A DNA stretch of 63,885 nt, filler included, from 6 parts of 6 records of this genome joined end to end with filler, not necessarily neighbours in it; one strand, 5' to 3'; positions 10,954 through 20,833 are shown, numbered from the whole stretch's first letter. Notes: generated by a model from the letters alone, not told the origin. Numbers and translations are program-made.

Positions 10954-12165
10954 TTGAAGACAAAAACTATAAATAGAGAAACTTCGGATTCTTATAAAGG
11001 GTTTCCATATCAAAAGAAGAAAACGGCTCATAGAATTTTAGAATTATTTAATACAGAAAATAGTTTTCTAGTAATTCCCGAATATATTGATGATATATTT
11101 GTACAAGTTGACGAGAAACAGGAGTTAACTCAGGTCAAAAAAAGTGATTCAAAAAACTTTACTTTAAACTCAAAAGATGTATATAAAAGTATAGTTTGCT
11201 TTTTAGATGCTTACTTTAAACATCAAAAGGGAAGTACATTATCGTTTTGTCTTTATACAAATACTTCGATAACGAAAGAAAAGAGTGAAAATTTTAAGGA
11301 GATTGAGGAACCTGTTTTAAATATTCTAAAAAAAACAGAAGTAAAAGATAAAATTATTACTATAGTTAAAAGTGAAATAATTAAAAGATATGAAGAAATT
11401 TATAAAAAAAATCAAGATGTAGAAGATGGTTATATTAATGAAATTAAGGATATGAGCGTAAAAGAGTGGAAAGAATTTTTTAAAAGAATTGATTTTGCTT
11501 TTCAATCAAAAAATGATGAAGAATTATTTGATTCTTCACTTAAATTAATTAAAGAATCAAAAGAGTACTCAAGAGCTCACTTTGAACGTGAAGAAGATAT
11601 ATTGAATGAATTATTAACTATAATTGATGATAAAATGGCGAGTAAATCTCTTTTTGATAGAATCATTAGAAAAGTTGATGTTGATTTAATTTTTGAAAAA
11701 AAGAAAAATTTTAAATCTAATAAATTAAATGACTCAAATTGTTTTCAGCATGATGAATGGAAGCAAATAGAATCAGAAAAGGATAAAAAAAGAAACATAG
11801 AAGAGAAAATTAAGGATGTATGTCAAAAAATTGATTCTAGATTATTAAAGAAATATAAATTAAAAGCATCGACAGCAGTTGCAGATTTAAACAAATTGAC
11901 TCAAAACGAGCAATTAGTATTTAAACAACGAGTTTATATGTTTATGCTTGATTTTGCTTGTGAGAATATAACTGAAACTAAAAATTATTCATCTCTCGAA
12001 ATAAAAGAAATCATAAAAAATTGGCAAGAATATTGTGTAGATAGAATGAATGATTTAAAAAGGGATTTTTATTATACTTATAATAATGACGAGTTTATCC
12101 GAACACTTGTATTATTAATGATTGATCAATGTTATCATAAATTTGAAGTTGAGGAGATAGCATAA
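10954..12165 (+). CDS. lmuA: Lamassu LmuA effector, Cap4/DUF4297-type endonuclease plus ABC-3C C-terminal domain
   Basis: N-terminal KGFPYQ...PEYIDDI...QVKK (Cap4-like D...QxK nuclease); first of three coupled genes ending in an SMC-like ATPase; TTG start with RBS AGGAGA. Confidence 0.75.
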   Translation: MKTKTINRETSDSYKGFPYQKKKTAHRILELFNTENSFLVIPEYIDDIFVQVDEKQELTQVKKSDSKNFTLNSKDVYKSIVCFLDAYFKHQKGSTLSFCLYTNTSITKEKSENFKEIEEPVLNILKKTEVKDKIITIVKSEIIKRYEEIYKKNQDVEDGYINEIKDMSVKEWKEFFKRIDFAFQSKNDEELFDSSLKLIKESKEYSRAHFEREEDILNELLTIIDDKMASKSLFDRIIRKVDVDLIFEKKKNFKSNKLNDSNCFQHDEWKQIESEKDKKRNIEEKIKDVCQKIDSRLLKKYKLKASTAVADLNKLTQNEQLVFKQRVYMFMLDFACENITETKNYSSLEIKEIIKNWQEYCVDRMNDLKRDFYYTYNNDEFIRTLVLLMIDQCYHKFEVEEIA

Positions 12166-12687
12166 ATGAATGAGAAAAGACTTGAATTTTCTAAAGTACA
12201 GGATTTAAACTTTATAACATATAATGTATTATTAATTTTACTTTATACAAAATCAGTAAATTCTAAAAAGCCTTTTAAAGATTATAGATTATTAACTCAT
12301 TTAATTCAAATTATTAGTGATGATTTTTATTTTAGTGCATTTAAAACCTTTTATAATGAATGCCTTACGCCAAAAGGCGAATATGAAGGTATATTAAAAG
12401 AAATTTATATTAAAAGTATTGAAAATAATGAAAGACTTAAACATATTTTGTTAATGATGGAGAATATAAATTTGATTAAACTTAAAAAAGAGAAGAATAA
12501 GATAACAAGTTTATGGCTAAATGATGATGAGTTTGAGAAGAGTATACTTGAGAATGATATTTTTGATGAGGAAAAGAAAAAAATTTGTGAATTATTAAAA
12601 TATGAAAAGAGAATAAGAACGAATCAATATAGTAAATTTATCGAGCGCTTATATAAAGATAATGGGGTAGACATATGGGATATTTAA
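12166..12687 (+). CDS. lmuC: Lamassu LmuC / ABC-3C middle component
   Basis: 173 aa, translationally coupled between the nuclease and the SMC ATPase; assignment is mainly by position. Confidence 0.65.
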   Translation: MNEKRLEFSKVQDLNFITYNVLLILLYTKSVNSKKPFKDYRLLTHLIQIISDDFYFSAFKTFYNECLTPKGEYEGILKEIYIKSIENNERLKHILLMMENINLIKLKKEKNKITSLWLNDDEFEKSILENDIFDEEKKKICELLKYEKRIRTNQYSKFIERLYKDNGVDIWDI

Positions 12688-14600
12688 AAATAGAAAAGGT
12701 GACTTATAGTGGTAAGAATTATTTTTACGAAAGTCCAGAGCTCTCTAAGAAAATAAATTTTCTTATTGGTGAAAATGGAAATGGAAAATCAACTTTTGCT
12801 AATTTAGTTTATTACGGTTTAGGAAATAAAGTTCCTTATTTTGAGAATTCAAAAAGTACAAAGAAAAGACCAATTCAAGAAATTGTAAGTGATGAAAATA
12901 ATTATATCGAATTACTTGTTGAGATAAATGGAAAGAAATATGAAATTAAAAGAGGAATAGGTAAAAACAAAATTAAAATTTCTACAGAAGATAACTCTTT
13001 TGTTCTACCAATTGACAGAAATGATAATTTATTTAAAACTAAGAACTCTATTTTTTCAGACTGGTTATTAACAGAATTAAAAATTGGAAAATTAGTTATG
13101 GAGCAATTTGGAACAACTCATCATATTAACTTTGATGATTTAAGTAGGCTGTTATATTATGATCAAAAATCAAATAAAGAGGATATTTATAAAGAACCCG
13201 AAGAAGATAATTATTTTAAGAAGAGTTCTATTATTAAAAATGCTATATTTGAGACTTTAATTGGTTCAACTTTTCAAGAATATTATAATAAGTTTTTTGA
13301 ATTGAAGAAAAAAGAAAAAGAAGCGGAGAGTTTACGAAGTAAAATAAAAACTTTGGAATTAGAGATTGGCTTAGGAAAAAATATAAATTTTAATAATTTA
13401 AAAGGTGAAATTGAAAAGAAAAAAGAAAAAAAATCGTTTATTATTACTGAATTAACTGAAAAAAGAAAGCAAATTAAAATAAACAGGTTTTCATCAACTC
13501 AGCAAATTTCTAATATCGAAACAACTCAGAAATTAATATTAGAAAAAACGATTGAAGAAAAAGAGCTGATTTCTGAAATAAGAGACTTCTCGATTGATTT
13601 AGAAAAAAGTTTAAGAGCAAAAGAAATAATAGAAAAAGATATATCTCATATTAATAAAATTCTATATACAAGTCAAAATATAACTAAAAGAAATAAGAAT
13701 AACTGTCCGTTTTGTAATGAAGCTATAACGATTCAAAATAACAAATGTATATGTGGTTCAGATCATGGATTAGATTATGAAAAATTTATGTATTCAGACG
13801 AAGAATATATTAGTATGCTGAAATCAAAGTCTAAAACTTTATTGACGATTAATGATTCGCTTAAATATTGCGAAACAGAACTTGAAGAATTGAATCAAGA
13901 TCTGGAGGAAATTAAAAAAGAAATTACGCAAAAATCAGCTTTATTAAAAGCGTTAATAGAAGAAACATCAACAGGAATTGGAACTCATATGTTAGATGAG
14001 TTAGAAGGGCAATTATATTCTTGTAAAGAAGAATTATTAGAATTAAATAAAACTAGTGAGAAGATAAATGAAATATTAAAAGAAAGGGAAAATTTAAGTA
14101 AAATAGAAAATGATATTTTTAAGATAAATAGTAGGTTAATAGAACTTGCATCTGAAAAAAAGGAAATTATATCAAAAAATTATAAAGAGTTCACTGAAAT
14201 TTACCAAAACTATATTAAAGAATATTATAAAAGTATTGAAAAAGAAATGCCTTCATTGTATTTAAATAGTTCATATATGCCTGAATTAGATTTTTATCAA
14301 GAAGATAGTGCTTATGAAATTATTAAATTTTTCTATTACTTATCTTTAATGAAATTATCGTTACGAAAAGATAATGTCTCATTTCCAAAGTTTTTAATAT
14401 TTGATGGATTTGATTCGGGATTAGATAAAAATAAAATTAATATATGCTATGAGAAGATGATAAACTTGGTAGAGGAGTATAAAGAAAAAGAATTTCAAAT
14501 ATTAATCACAAATAGACATGATACTTTTGAAAAAGAAAAGTTTAAAGGGTTTGTTGTTGATGAATTATTTGATGAAAAACCATTATTAAAATTAAGGTAG
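12675..14600 (+). CDS. lmuB: Lamassu LmuB SMC/Rad50-like ABC ATPase
   Basis: Walker A GENGNGKST, Q-loop YYDQ, coiled coils with central CPFC...CICG, Walker B FLIFDG, D-loop SGLD, QILIT. Confidence 0.8.
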   Translation: MGYLKIEKVTYSGKNYFYESPELSKKINFLIGENGNGKSTFANLVYYGLGNKVPYFENSKSTKKRPIQEIVSDENNYIELLVEINGKKYEIKRGIGKNKIKISTEDNSFVLPIDRNDNLFKTKNSIFSDWLLTELKIGKLVMEQFGTTHHINFDDLSRLLYYDQKSNKEDIYKEPEEDNYFKKSSIIKNAIFETLIGSTFQEYYNKFFELKKKEKEAESLRSKIKTLELEIGLGKNINFNNLKGEIEKKKEKKSFIITELTEKRKQIKINRFSSTQQISNIETTQKLILEKTIEEKELISEIRDFSIDLEKSLRAKEIIEKDISHINKILYTSQNITKRNKNNCPFCNEAITIQNNKCICGSDHGLDYEKFMYSDEEYISMLKSKSKTLLTINDSLKYCETELEELNQDLEEIKKEITQKSALLKALIEETSTGIGTHMLDELEGQLYSCKEELLELNKTSEKINEILKERENLSKIENDIFKINSRLIELASEKKEIISKNYKEFTEIYQNYIKEYYKSIEKEMPSLYLNSSYMPELDFYQEDSAYEIIKFFYYLSLMKLSLRKDNVSFPKFLIFDGFDSGLDKNKINICYEKMINLVEEYKEKEFQILITNRHDTFEKEKFKGFVVDELFDEKPLLKLR

Positions 14601-14665
14601 AATAATAGTAACATTAGATAAGTTTTGCAAAAGGGAAAGTAATGATTAAAGAAAATTGAATAATT

Positions 14666-14720
14666 ATACAGCCCTTACTATTGCCTCATGTAAAAAGCAA
14701 TAGTAAGGGCTGTATTTTTT
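14666..14720 (+). terminator. Intrinsic terminator after the Lamassu operon
   Basis: ATACAGCCCTTACTATTGC / GCAATAGTAAGGGCTGTAT perfect stem followed by a T tract. Confidence 0.85.
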
Positions 14721-14905
14721 GTAACCATTAAACTATAGTATAATTATTGACAATACTGCTTCGCCAGAAACCTAATAAAATTGGTATAATAAAAGTGTAA
14801 AAATAACCCGTGCTTTATTCTTTTCATTTTTATAGATATTATGGCATAATAGAATTATAAAAAAACTAGGATATAAGATATAGCATTGCTAAAAGGAGTG
14901 AAGAG

Positions 14906-15304
14906 GTGGAAAATTATTTTATTAAATATACTTCAGAAGGTGGAATGACTTCAAATCCAATGCCATTAGAGATTAAAATTCTAAAGAAATATATTGAATC
15001 AGAGGAATCTTATGAAATGTCATATACTGACAAATGGAGACCGATTGTTAAAACATTAGAATTAAATACTGGCGATAAAGAGAAATTAGATCTTCTAATT
15101 AGCAAAATTAAAATAGCAATCGAACCTGATGATTTTGCTATTTGCTTAGATGCTCCCGACGAAAAACTTGAAATAATATTTGGGCATACTTATAGTATAA
15201 AATTATCTTGGAATGGAAGTGTTCCGGTAAAATGGAAAGGTGTTTCAAAACTTACAAACTTTATATTAGAACTTCAAGAAAATGATAAATCAAATTTAGA
15301 TTAA
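14906..15304 (+). CDS. Hypothetical protein
   Basis: 132-aa ORF with RBS AAGGAG before GTG; followed by a bidirectional terminator. Confidence 0.6.
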   Translation: MENYFIKYTSEGGMTSNPMPLEIKILKKYIESEESYEMSYTDKWRPIVKTLELNTGDKEKLDLLISKIKIAIEPDDFAICLDAPDEKLEIIFGHTYSIKLSWNGSVPVKWKGVSKLTNFILELQENDKSNLD

Positions 15305-15308
15305 ATAT

Positions 15309-15346
15309 AAAACTACCCTATTTTAAAATGATGTAGGGTAGCTTTT
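15309..15346. terminator. Bidirectional terminator
   Basis: AAAACTACCCTA / TAGGGTAGCTTTT between convergent genes. Confidence 0.65.
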
Positions 15347-15860
15347 ATTTTGCAGTGAATATTTTTGTACTTACTATTTTATCAATAGGGATAGATCCGG
15401 TTGTTCCTTGCCAGTCACCTTTGCCGAGCCATTCATTTCCTTCATAAAAAATATCAGTATAAAAGATCCGCTCCCATGATTTTTCTTTAGAGATTTCTAG
15501 ATCACCAACATCAAGTTTTTCCTCTTCAGCTTCATTCATTGTAACAGTTCCGTTATTTAGAACAATATGCCAGGATAAAAACTCTGAAAGAAGTACTTCT
15601 ATCTCCTCAATCTCAATTTCTAATAATATAGCTCTTTCTCCAGGAGTCATATGACCGGACCTTCTTAGATCAGGTCTTTTAGGCCATAACCAAATGGGGT
15701 ATTCACCGGAATAATTAGGCAGCTTATTTTTCATCTGCTGCATTAACCAGTGATATTTATCTAAGAAATACGGTTCAATATATCTTTGATCTCCTTTTAA
15801 GTATCCGGTTTCTATTGCCTTATCATAAGCTTCAATTTTTTGAATTGTCCAATATCTCAT
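15345..15860 (-). CDS. DUF3841-like protein
   Basis: MRYWTIQ...YHWLMQQM...YPIWLW...RPDLR...VLLSEFLSWHIVLNN...SWERIF; RBS AAGGAG before ATG 15860. Confidence 0.75.
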   Translation of the reverse strand: MRYWTIQKIEAYDKAIETGYLKGDQRYIEPYFLDKYHWLMQQMKNKLPNYSGEYPIWLWPKRPDLRRSGHMTPGERAILLEIEIEEIEVLLSEFLSWHIVLNNGTVTMNEAEEEKLDVGDLEISKEKSWERIFYTDIFYEGNEWLGKGDWQGTTGSIPIDKIVSTKIFTAK

Positions 15861-16003
15861 GAAAACTCCTTTCATAGTCAAAGTAAATATTTAATTTAAA
15901 ATTATAACATATAATTTTTACAAATTTATAATAATTTGATTTTATTAGAATACTTTTGTTATACTTATACTAGTTTGAATGGCATTGAATAAGGAGCGAA
16001 TAT

Positions 16004-16927
16004 ATGAATATTTTTCAAGTTTTGAGTCAAGGTAAAGGAAGATTGAATGAAGAAAATCTATCAGCAATGCTAGGTTTTCTTTTAAATCCTGAACAATCCC
16101 ATGGATTAAAAGATTTATTCTTGAAGAGGTTTTTAAGTATGATCAATGAGGTAAGTGGTGTTGATTATATGAATGTTTTTAATAGTAACTATAAATTTGA
16201 TATAACACTCGAATCCCCATATGAAGTAAATAGTACTAAAAAGTACATAGACCTAGATCTTAAGTTTTTTGTAGATGGAAAAGAAGTTATAAGAGTATTA
16301 GTAGAAAATAAAATTAAGCCTGGTGCTGCTAAAAAAGATCAGTTTAAAGAAGAGTACTTAGGAGTATTAAATAGTTTAGAAGAAGATTCAAAAGAGCTGA
16401 AAGTACTAATGCTTTTATTAACACCAGAATCAACTAGTCCATTACTGAGAGAAGAGTATGAAGAGCTTAGTAGTGAATTGCTGCAAATTAATCATAATAA
16501 GGTTTGGCTTTATTGGAATGCAAAGGATAAAAACCCTTCAATTGTTCAAGAGTTAAAAAAAATAATATTACAAGAAGCTACAGTTGAAATAGATCCTATT
16601 TCAGAATACGTAAGACATACAATTAAAGCTTTAATTAGGCATATTATAGACTCTCAAAACATAAGTGATTTAGAGAAGAGATATAATCCAATTTCTAATG
16701 ACGAAATTATTCAAGAGGTAGAAATAAAATTAAATGAGATCTCATATAGAATTGAACAGTATAGATCATCAGCAATCAAGATTTTCAATTTAGAAAAAGA
16801 AGAGTATGAAATTGCTAAAAAGCTTTTAAGAGAGGTAAATGAGGTATATAACTTAGGAATTGATATAATCGGTAAGAATACAAGAAGTTTAGGAAAAGAT
16901 ATTCTGAAGGAACTTAAAAATATGTAA
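16004..16927 (+). CDS. PD-(D/E)XK nuclease superfamily protein (PDDEXK_4-like)
   Basis: EENLSAMLGFLLNP.QSHGL.D.FL, IDL...VLVENKI...DQF..Y. Confidence 0.8.
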   Translation: MNIFQVLSQGKGRLNEENLSAMLGFLLNPEQSHGLKDLFLKRFLSMINEVSGVDYMNVFNSNYKFDITLESPYEVNSTKKYIDLDLKFFVDGKEVIRVLVENKIKPGAAKKDQFKEEYLGVLNSLEEDSKELKVLMLLLTPESTSPLLREEYEELSSELLQINHNKVWLYWNAKDKNPSIVQELKKIILQEATVEIDPISEYVRHTIKALIRHIIDSQNISDLEKRYNPISNDEIIQEVEIKLNEISYRIEQYRSSAIKIFNLEKEEYEIAKKLLREVNEVYNLGIDIIGKNTRSLGKDILKELKNM

Positions 16928-17010
16928 AAAAATTGAAAAAGTGCGAGGGATTTTAATTCTCAGGCGTTAAAGTATTTGAGGAAATAAATAACGTAAAAAA
17001 GGAGATAATT

Positions 17011-18018
17011 ATGTCAAAACCTAATTTATTTAACTACGCAACAAGTGAATTATCCCAAGATGCATTTATATGCTGGTTGTTAGAATGGGCTAAGAAAGAG
17101 AATGAGCAATATGACAGTGATTTATATCAATGTGGACAGTTGTTAATAAGAGAATTTTTCAATAAGGCTAACATCGTATTGGAAGAGGGGATTTTAGAAA
17201 TAGAAATATTTAAACAATCAACTAATATTGATGTTTTAGCTGTGATTAATAAAGAGTACGCAATTATTATTGAGGATAAAACTCATACTAAAAATCATTC
17301 AAATCAACTTCAAAAATATATTGATCAAGTAATTTCTAGAGGTTTTCCTTTAGAAAAGATTATACCGGTTTATTTTAAAACTTATGATCAGAGTGACTAT
17401 AATGATATTTATAGTAAAGGTTACAAAACGTTTTTGCGAGAAGAATTACTTAAGATATTAAATAGTTTTTCTGAAGTTACTAATGATATTTTTATAGATT
17501 ATAGAAATAAAATAGAGAGTATAGAAAATGATGTAAATAGTTATCTTACGCTTCCAATAGAGAAATGGAGCTGGAATTCTTGGGTCGGTTTCTATAAAAA
17601 ACTTCAATGTTACTTTAATGGTAACTGGGATTATGTTCCTAACCCTAATGGAGGTTTTTTAGGATTTTGGTGGAATTTTATTGATACTGTAGATTATACA
17701 ATCTATTTACAGATAGAATCTAATTATGATTCAAAAAGTAATTTAATGCTTACGAAGCTTTGTTTTAAAATTAAAGTTGATGATAAATTGAAGAGATATG
17801 ATTTAAGAAGAGAATTAAATGAAAGAGTATGTTCTGCAGGATCAAAATTTGGTTTATCTATAAAAAAACCTCAAAGATTTGGTCATGGTCTTTATATGAC
17901 AATAGCTGTACTAGAGGAAGAATTTAGAAGTACAGATGCTGATAAAATAATAAATACTTCTAAAACATTCAATACTTTAGATAAATGCAGCAAACTATTA
18001 GAAGTGTTTGTTACGTAA
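17011..18018 (+). CDS. PD-(D/E)XK nuclease superfamily protein (PDDEXK_4-like)
   Basis: NLFNYATSELSQDAFICWLL, IDVL...IIIEDKT...HSNQL.KY. Confidence 0.8.
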   Translation: MSKPNLFNYATSELSQDAFICWLLEWAKKENEQYDSDLYQCGQLLIREFFNKANIVLEEGILEIEIFKQSTNIDVLAVINKEYAIIIEDKTHTKNHSNQLQKYIDQVISRGFPLEKIIPVYFKTYDQSDYNDIYSKGYKTFLREELLKILNSFSEVTNDIFIDYRNKIESIENDVNSYLTLPIEKWSWNSWVGFYKKLQCYFNGNWDYVPNPNGGFLGFWWNFIDTVDYTIYLQIESNYDSKSNLMLTKLCFKIKVDDKLKRYDLRRELNERVCSAGSKFGLSIKKPQRFGHGLYMTIAVLEEEFRSTDADKIINTSKTFNTLDKCSKLLEVFVT

Positions 18019-18180
18019 TAGAGAGGAGATATAGTTTGTTCTTAAAGAAGATCATGAAATATTTTTAGAAACTCAGATATTGACTCCATACTCTTTAAAA
18101 GTAAAAGGAAATTCAGTTATTGATATTTTTTTAAGGGGTATGTCTAAGATTTTCAACAAAAGGTGCGTTAAGGAATTTAT

Positions 18181-18225
18181 AAAAAGCTTGTAAGCCTATA
18201 TTCATAAGGCCTATAAGCTTTTTTT
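18181..18225. repeat. Imperfect palindrome (bidirectional terminator or recombinase-type arm)
   Basis: AAAAAGCTTGTAAGCCT-ATATTCATA-AGGCCTATAAGCTTTTT between convergent genes. Confidence 0.5.
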
Positions 18226-18315
18226 ATTGAGAGGTTTTTTAATGCAATTTTTATGTTTATTCTCTCTTTCAAAACCTCTTTTCAATAAATATAAGTTAAG
18301 TAGAAGATTTGATGC

Positions 18316-19293
18316 CTAAATAACTTTTTCGGTGTATCGATATTTATTTGAGTTGATATAAAAAATCCATTCTTTTTTAGATTTAAAGTAATTCCCACCA
18401 GGATAAGCTTTAGTCCAGTCAAGATTTAACCAAACACTACCATCTGCATCAACTCTATAGCTTAAGTTGTCATAACTATTCATAAGTTTGTATTTTACTA
18501 AATATGCTTTAATATTAGCAATCGTTTTCTTTGCAGCTAATAAATTATTATGTACATATACCTCTGTAAAGGCATGGCCTTCTTCTGAGCCTTCTGCAAG
18601 CACAATTCTACTTGTTCCTCCGATTCCCATAATGCAACTAGCCATTAGAATTGCAAAGTCATCGCAATCTCCTGTTAGGTTATTTTCAATACTCTCTGAA
18701 GCTTTTGCCATAATTTCCATAACGTTAGGATCATTAACATATTTCCAATTCCTTACAAGGTAATTGTGAATATAAATAATTTGTCCAATGTTATATTTCC
18801 CTTTATTATTAGCAGCTAGTTTTAAATAAAATTTTCTTGTTGCAGGATTATCAAAATCACACTTAAGCTTCAATTCTTCCAAAGTTTTATTCATGTAAGT
18901 TTGAGATTGATTTAGTTTTGGCGTGTATACAACTGGATCCTCTTTTATTTGAATATCTAGTGTATTTGATTTTGAAAGTGTTGAGGTAAATTTATTACTT
19001 TTAACGGGTTTTATCAAAACAAACAAAACGAAACAGCAAATCACTATGAAGGTTATTTTAAAAAGAAAATTACGTTTAAATTTATGGTAACTTTGCTTAT
19101 TTGTTATATATGAACTTTCTTTTATAGTATACTCATGTTTATAGTCTTTTTTATTTGCTCGATTCAGATTTTTAACATTAGATTTATTCTTTTTTAAGTC
19201 TATTTGCTTTTCGAAGGCTAAAGCTTTCTTCGATATCTCTTTATCATAAAAAGAATTTATTTCCAAATTATCATTTTCTAAATTAGATTTCAT
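18316..19293 (-). CDS. Membrane-anchored transglutaminase-like cysteine protease
   Basis: One TM (ITFIVICCFVLFVLI); catalytic triad GDCDDFA / GHAFTEV / LNLDWT. Confidence 0.8.
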   Translation of the reverse strand: MKSNLENDNLEINSFYDKEISKKALAFEKQIDLKKNKSNVKNLNRANKKDYKHEYTIKESSYITNKQSYHKFKRNFLFKITFIVICCFVLFVLIKPVKSNKFTSTLSKSNTLDIQIKEDPVVYTPKLNQSQTYMNKTLEELKLKCDFDNPATRKFYLKLAANNKGKYNIGQIIYIHNYLVRNWKYVNDPNVMEIMAKASESIENNLTGDCDDFAILMASCIMGIGGTSRIVLAEGSEEGHAFTEVYVHNNLLAAKKTIANIKAYLVKYKLMNSYDNLSYRVDADGSVWLNLDWTKAYPGGNYFKSKKEWIFYINSNKYRYTEKVI

Positions 19294-19347
19294 AAATCTT
19301 GTCCTTTAAGTAGTGAATTTTTTCATATGGCTGAATTTTACACGAAT

Positions 19348-19447
19348 NNNNNNNNNNNNNNNNNNNNNNNNNNNNNNNNNNNNNNNNNNNNTTAATTAAT
19401 TAANNNNNNNNNNNNNNNNNNNNNNNNNNNNNNNNNNNNNNNNNNNN
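19348..19447. other. Artificial contig spacer
   Basis: N44-TTAATTAATTAA-N44. Confidence 0.99.
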
Positions 19448-19453
19448 ATTGAA

Positions 19454-19606
19454 AACCACCTCCCGACTCGTACCTCGCCGTACTCCTCCTTGAATAAGGA
19501 GGAGAGTTGATTAGCATGGTGTATAGTCAATTGCGATTAAGAGGGTATTCGAACGCTAGAAAGCGATGCCCCTTGTTGTGAAGCTCAAGGCTTTCAGCCT
19601 TTGCTT
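19454..19606. repeat. REP-like hairpin elements
   Basis: AACCACCTCCC...CTCCTCCTT-GAAT-AAGGAGGAG, then GGGTAT...ATGCCC and AAGGCT-TTC-AGCCTT hairpins at the contig end. Confidence 0.55.
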
Positions 19607-19664
19607 ACAGAATTTAAAATCCATGTTAAACAAATTCTTATTTTAGCTTGGCGCCAATTTAAAA

Positions 19665-19869
19665 TGAAATGAGCACAAATACTTTTCTTGGGAGCTTATC
19701 GGAGATAAAATGGACACAAATACATTTCTTGAAGGCATTTCAAAAATAAAATCATGCCAAATACTTGGATTGTGGCCATTTCACAAATAAAATCAACACA
19801 AATACTCGGCTTGGGCGCATTTTACACATAAAATGGCTCCATGCACAGTACTTGGAACCATTACAAAAT
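19665..19869. repeat. Degenerate 41-bp tandem array of dyad motifs (5 clear units)
   Basis: Units start at 19665, 19706, 19747, 19788 and 19829; consensus TAAAATSNNNNCAAATACNNNNCTTGNNNNCATTT. Confidence 0.8.
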
Positions 19870-19906
19870 GAGGTGATACCAAGCCCAAAATTTGCCTTGA
19901 ATAATT

Positions 19907-20833
19907 TTACCGCACTATTGACCTCAACTTTTTCTCTTGTTCCTTTAATAATCGATGCGCTTCATCAAGATGCACCTGTTGAAAAGTAAGTTTATTTCCA
20001 GCTTTCATCTGCCCTAGCAAAGGAAGATCTGCAGAAATAACATTCGCTATTTTGGTATAACCGCCCACCGTTTGTCTGTCGGCCAGCATAATAATAGGTT
20101 GGCCATCTCCAGGCACCTGAATAGCTCCATTGCCTATTCCCGAAGAAAGAATATCTGCACCAGCAAGGTGCTTTATAGAAGGTCCTTCCAATCGATACCC
20201 CATCCGATCACTCTGTCCCGAAATGGTATAAGTTGAAGTCAAAAAAGTTTTTACCCCAGCTATATCAAAACGTTGAATATCGCTTCCTCCAATTACTCTA
20301 ATCGTTTGTTCTTGTTTTAATGACAATAAGCTATCCCTTCGAAGTTTTCTCTTTTTCACCTTCTTAACAGGTTTGCCAAGAGAGATTTCATCACCACTCA
20401 TTAATTGTCGCCCATTAAAACCGCCTAATTGCGCTCTGCTATAGGTGGAACGACTACCCAATACCGAATTTACATCAATACCACCTGCAAAAGCAATATA
20501 CAATCTACACCCCTCTTCAACACTTCCTATTTTAACCACATCTCCTTTTTGCAGGTGCTGATTAGAATAAAGATCTACCTCGTGATTATTAATCCACACA
20601 GATGCTTTTCCTCCAGCTATTCCCATAACCGATGCCGACAGAACCTCAAACTCAGGCCCGGTAAAACTAGCTTCCAGACAAGCTAAATCTTGTGCATTAC
20701 CCACTAATTTATTCGCCACCCTTAGCGAAAAAGAATCCATAGCACCAGCCACCGGCATACCATATTGTTGATAGCCATACCTACCCAAATCCTGAATACT
20801 GGTATATATTCCCGGGTTAATTATTCTGATCAT
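19907..20833 (-). CDS. pxpC: 5-oxoprolinase subunit C
   Basis: SIQDLGRYG, GAMD, SDRMGYRL, GAIQVP.DGQP, DRQTVGGY.KI; start at MIRIINPG. Confidence 0.9.
   Translation of the reverse strand: MIRIINPGIYTSIQDLGRYGYQQYGMPVAGAMDSFSLRVANKLVGNAQDLACLEASFTGPEFEVLSASVMGIAGGKASVWINNHEVDLYSNQHLQKGDVVKIGSVEEGCRLYIAFAGGIDVNSVLGSRSTYSRAQLGGFNGRQLMSGDEISLGKPVKKVKKRKLRRDSLLSLKQEQTIRVIGGSDIQRFDIAGVKTFLTSTYTISGQSDRMGYRLEGPSIKHLAGADILSSGIGNGAIQVPGDGQPIIMLADRQTVGGYTKIANVISADLPLLGQMKAGNKLTFQQVHLDEAHRLLKEQEKKLRSIVR

Noticed and set aside
16928-18180. Integron attC sites (GCGTTAAA and GCGTTAAG after the nuclease genes)
   Set aside because: No matching RYYYAAC inverse core, no extended palindrome and no integrase.
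18030-18193. ~50-codon open frame after an AGAGGAG RBS-like motif
   Set aside because: No in-frame start near the RBS and no recognisable homology; at most a gene remnant.
19665-19869. CRISPR or TIGR-type guide array
   Set aside because: Variable segments are only about 4-5 nt, repeats are degenerate, and no cas or tas gene is on the contig.
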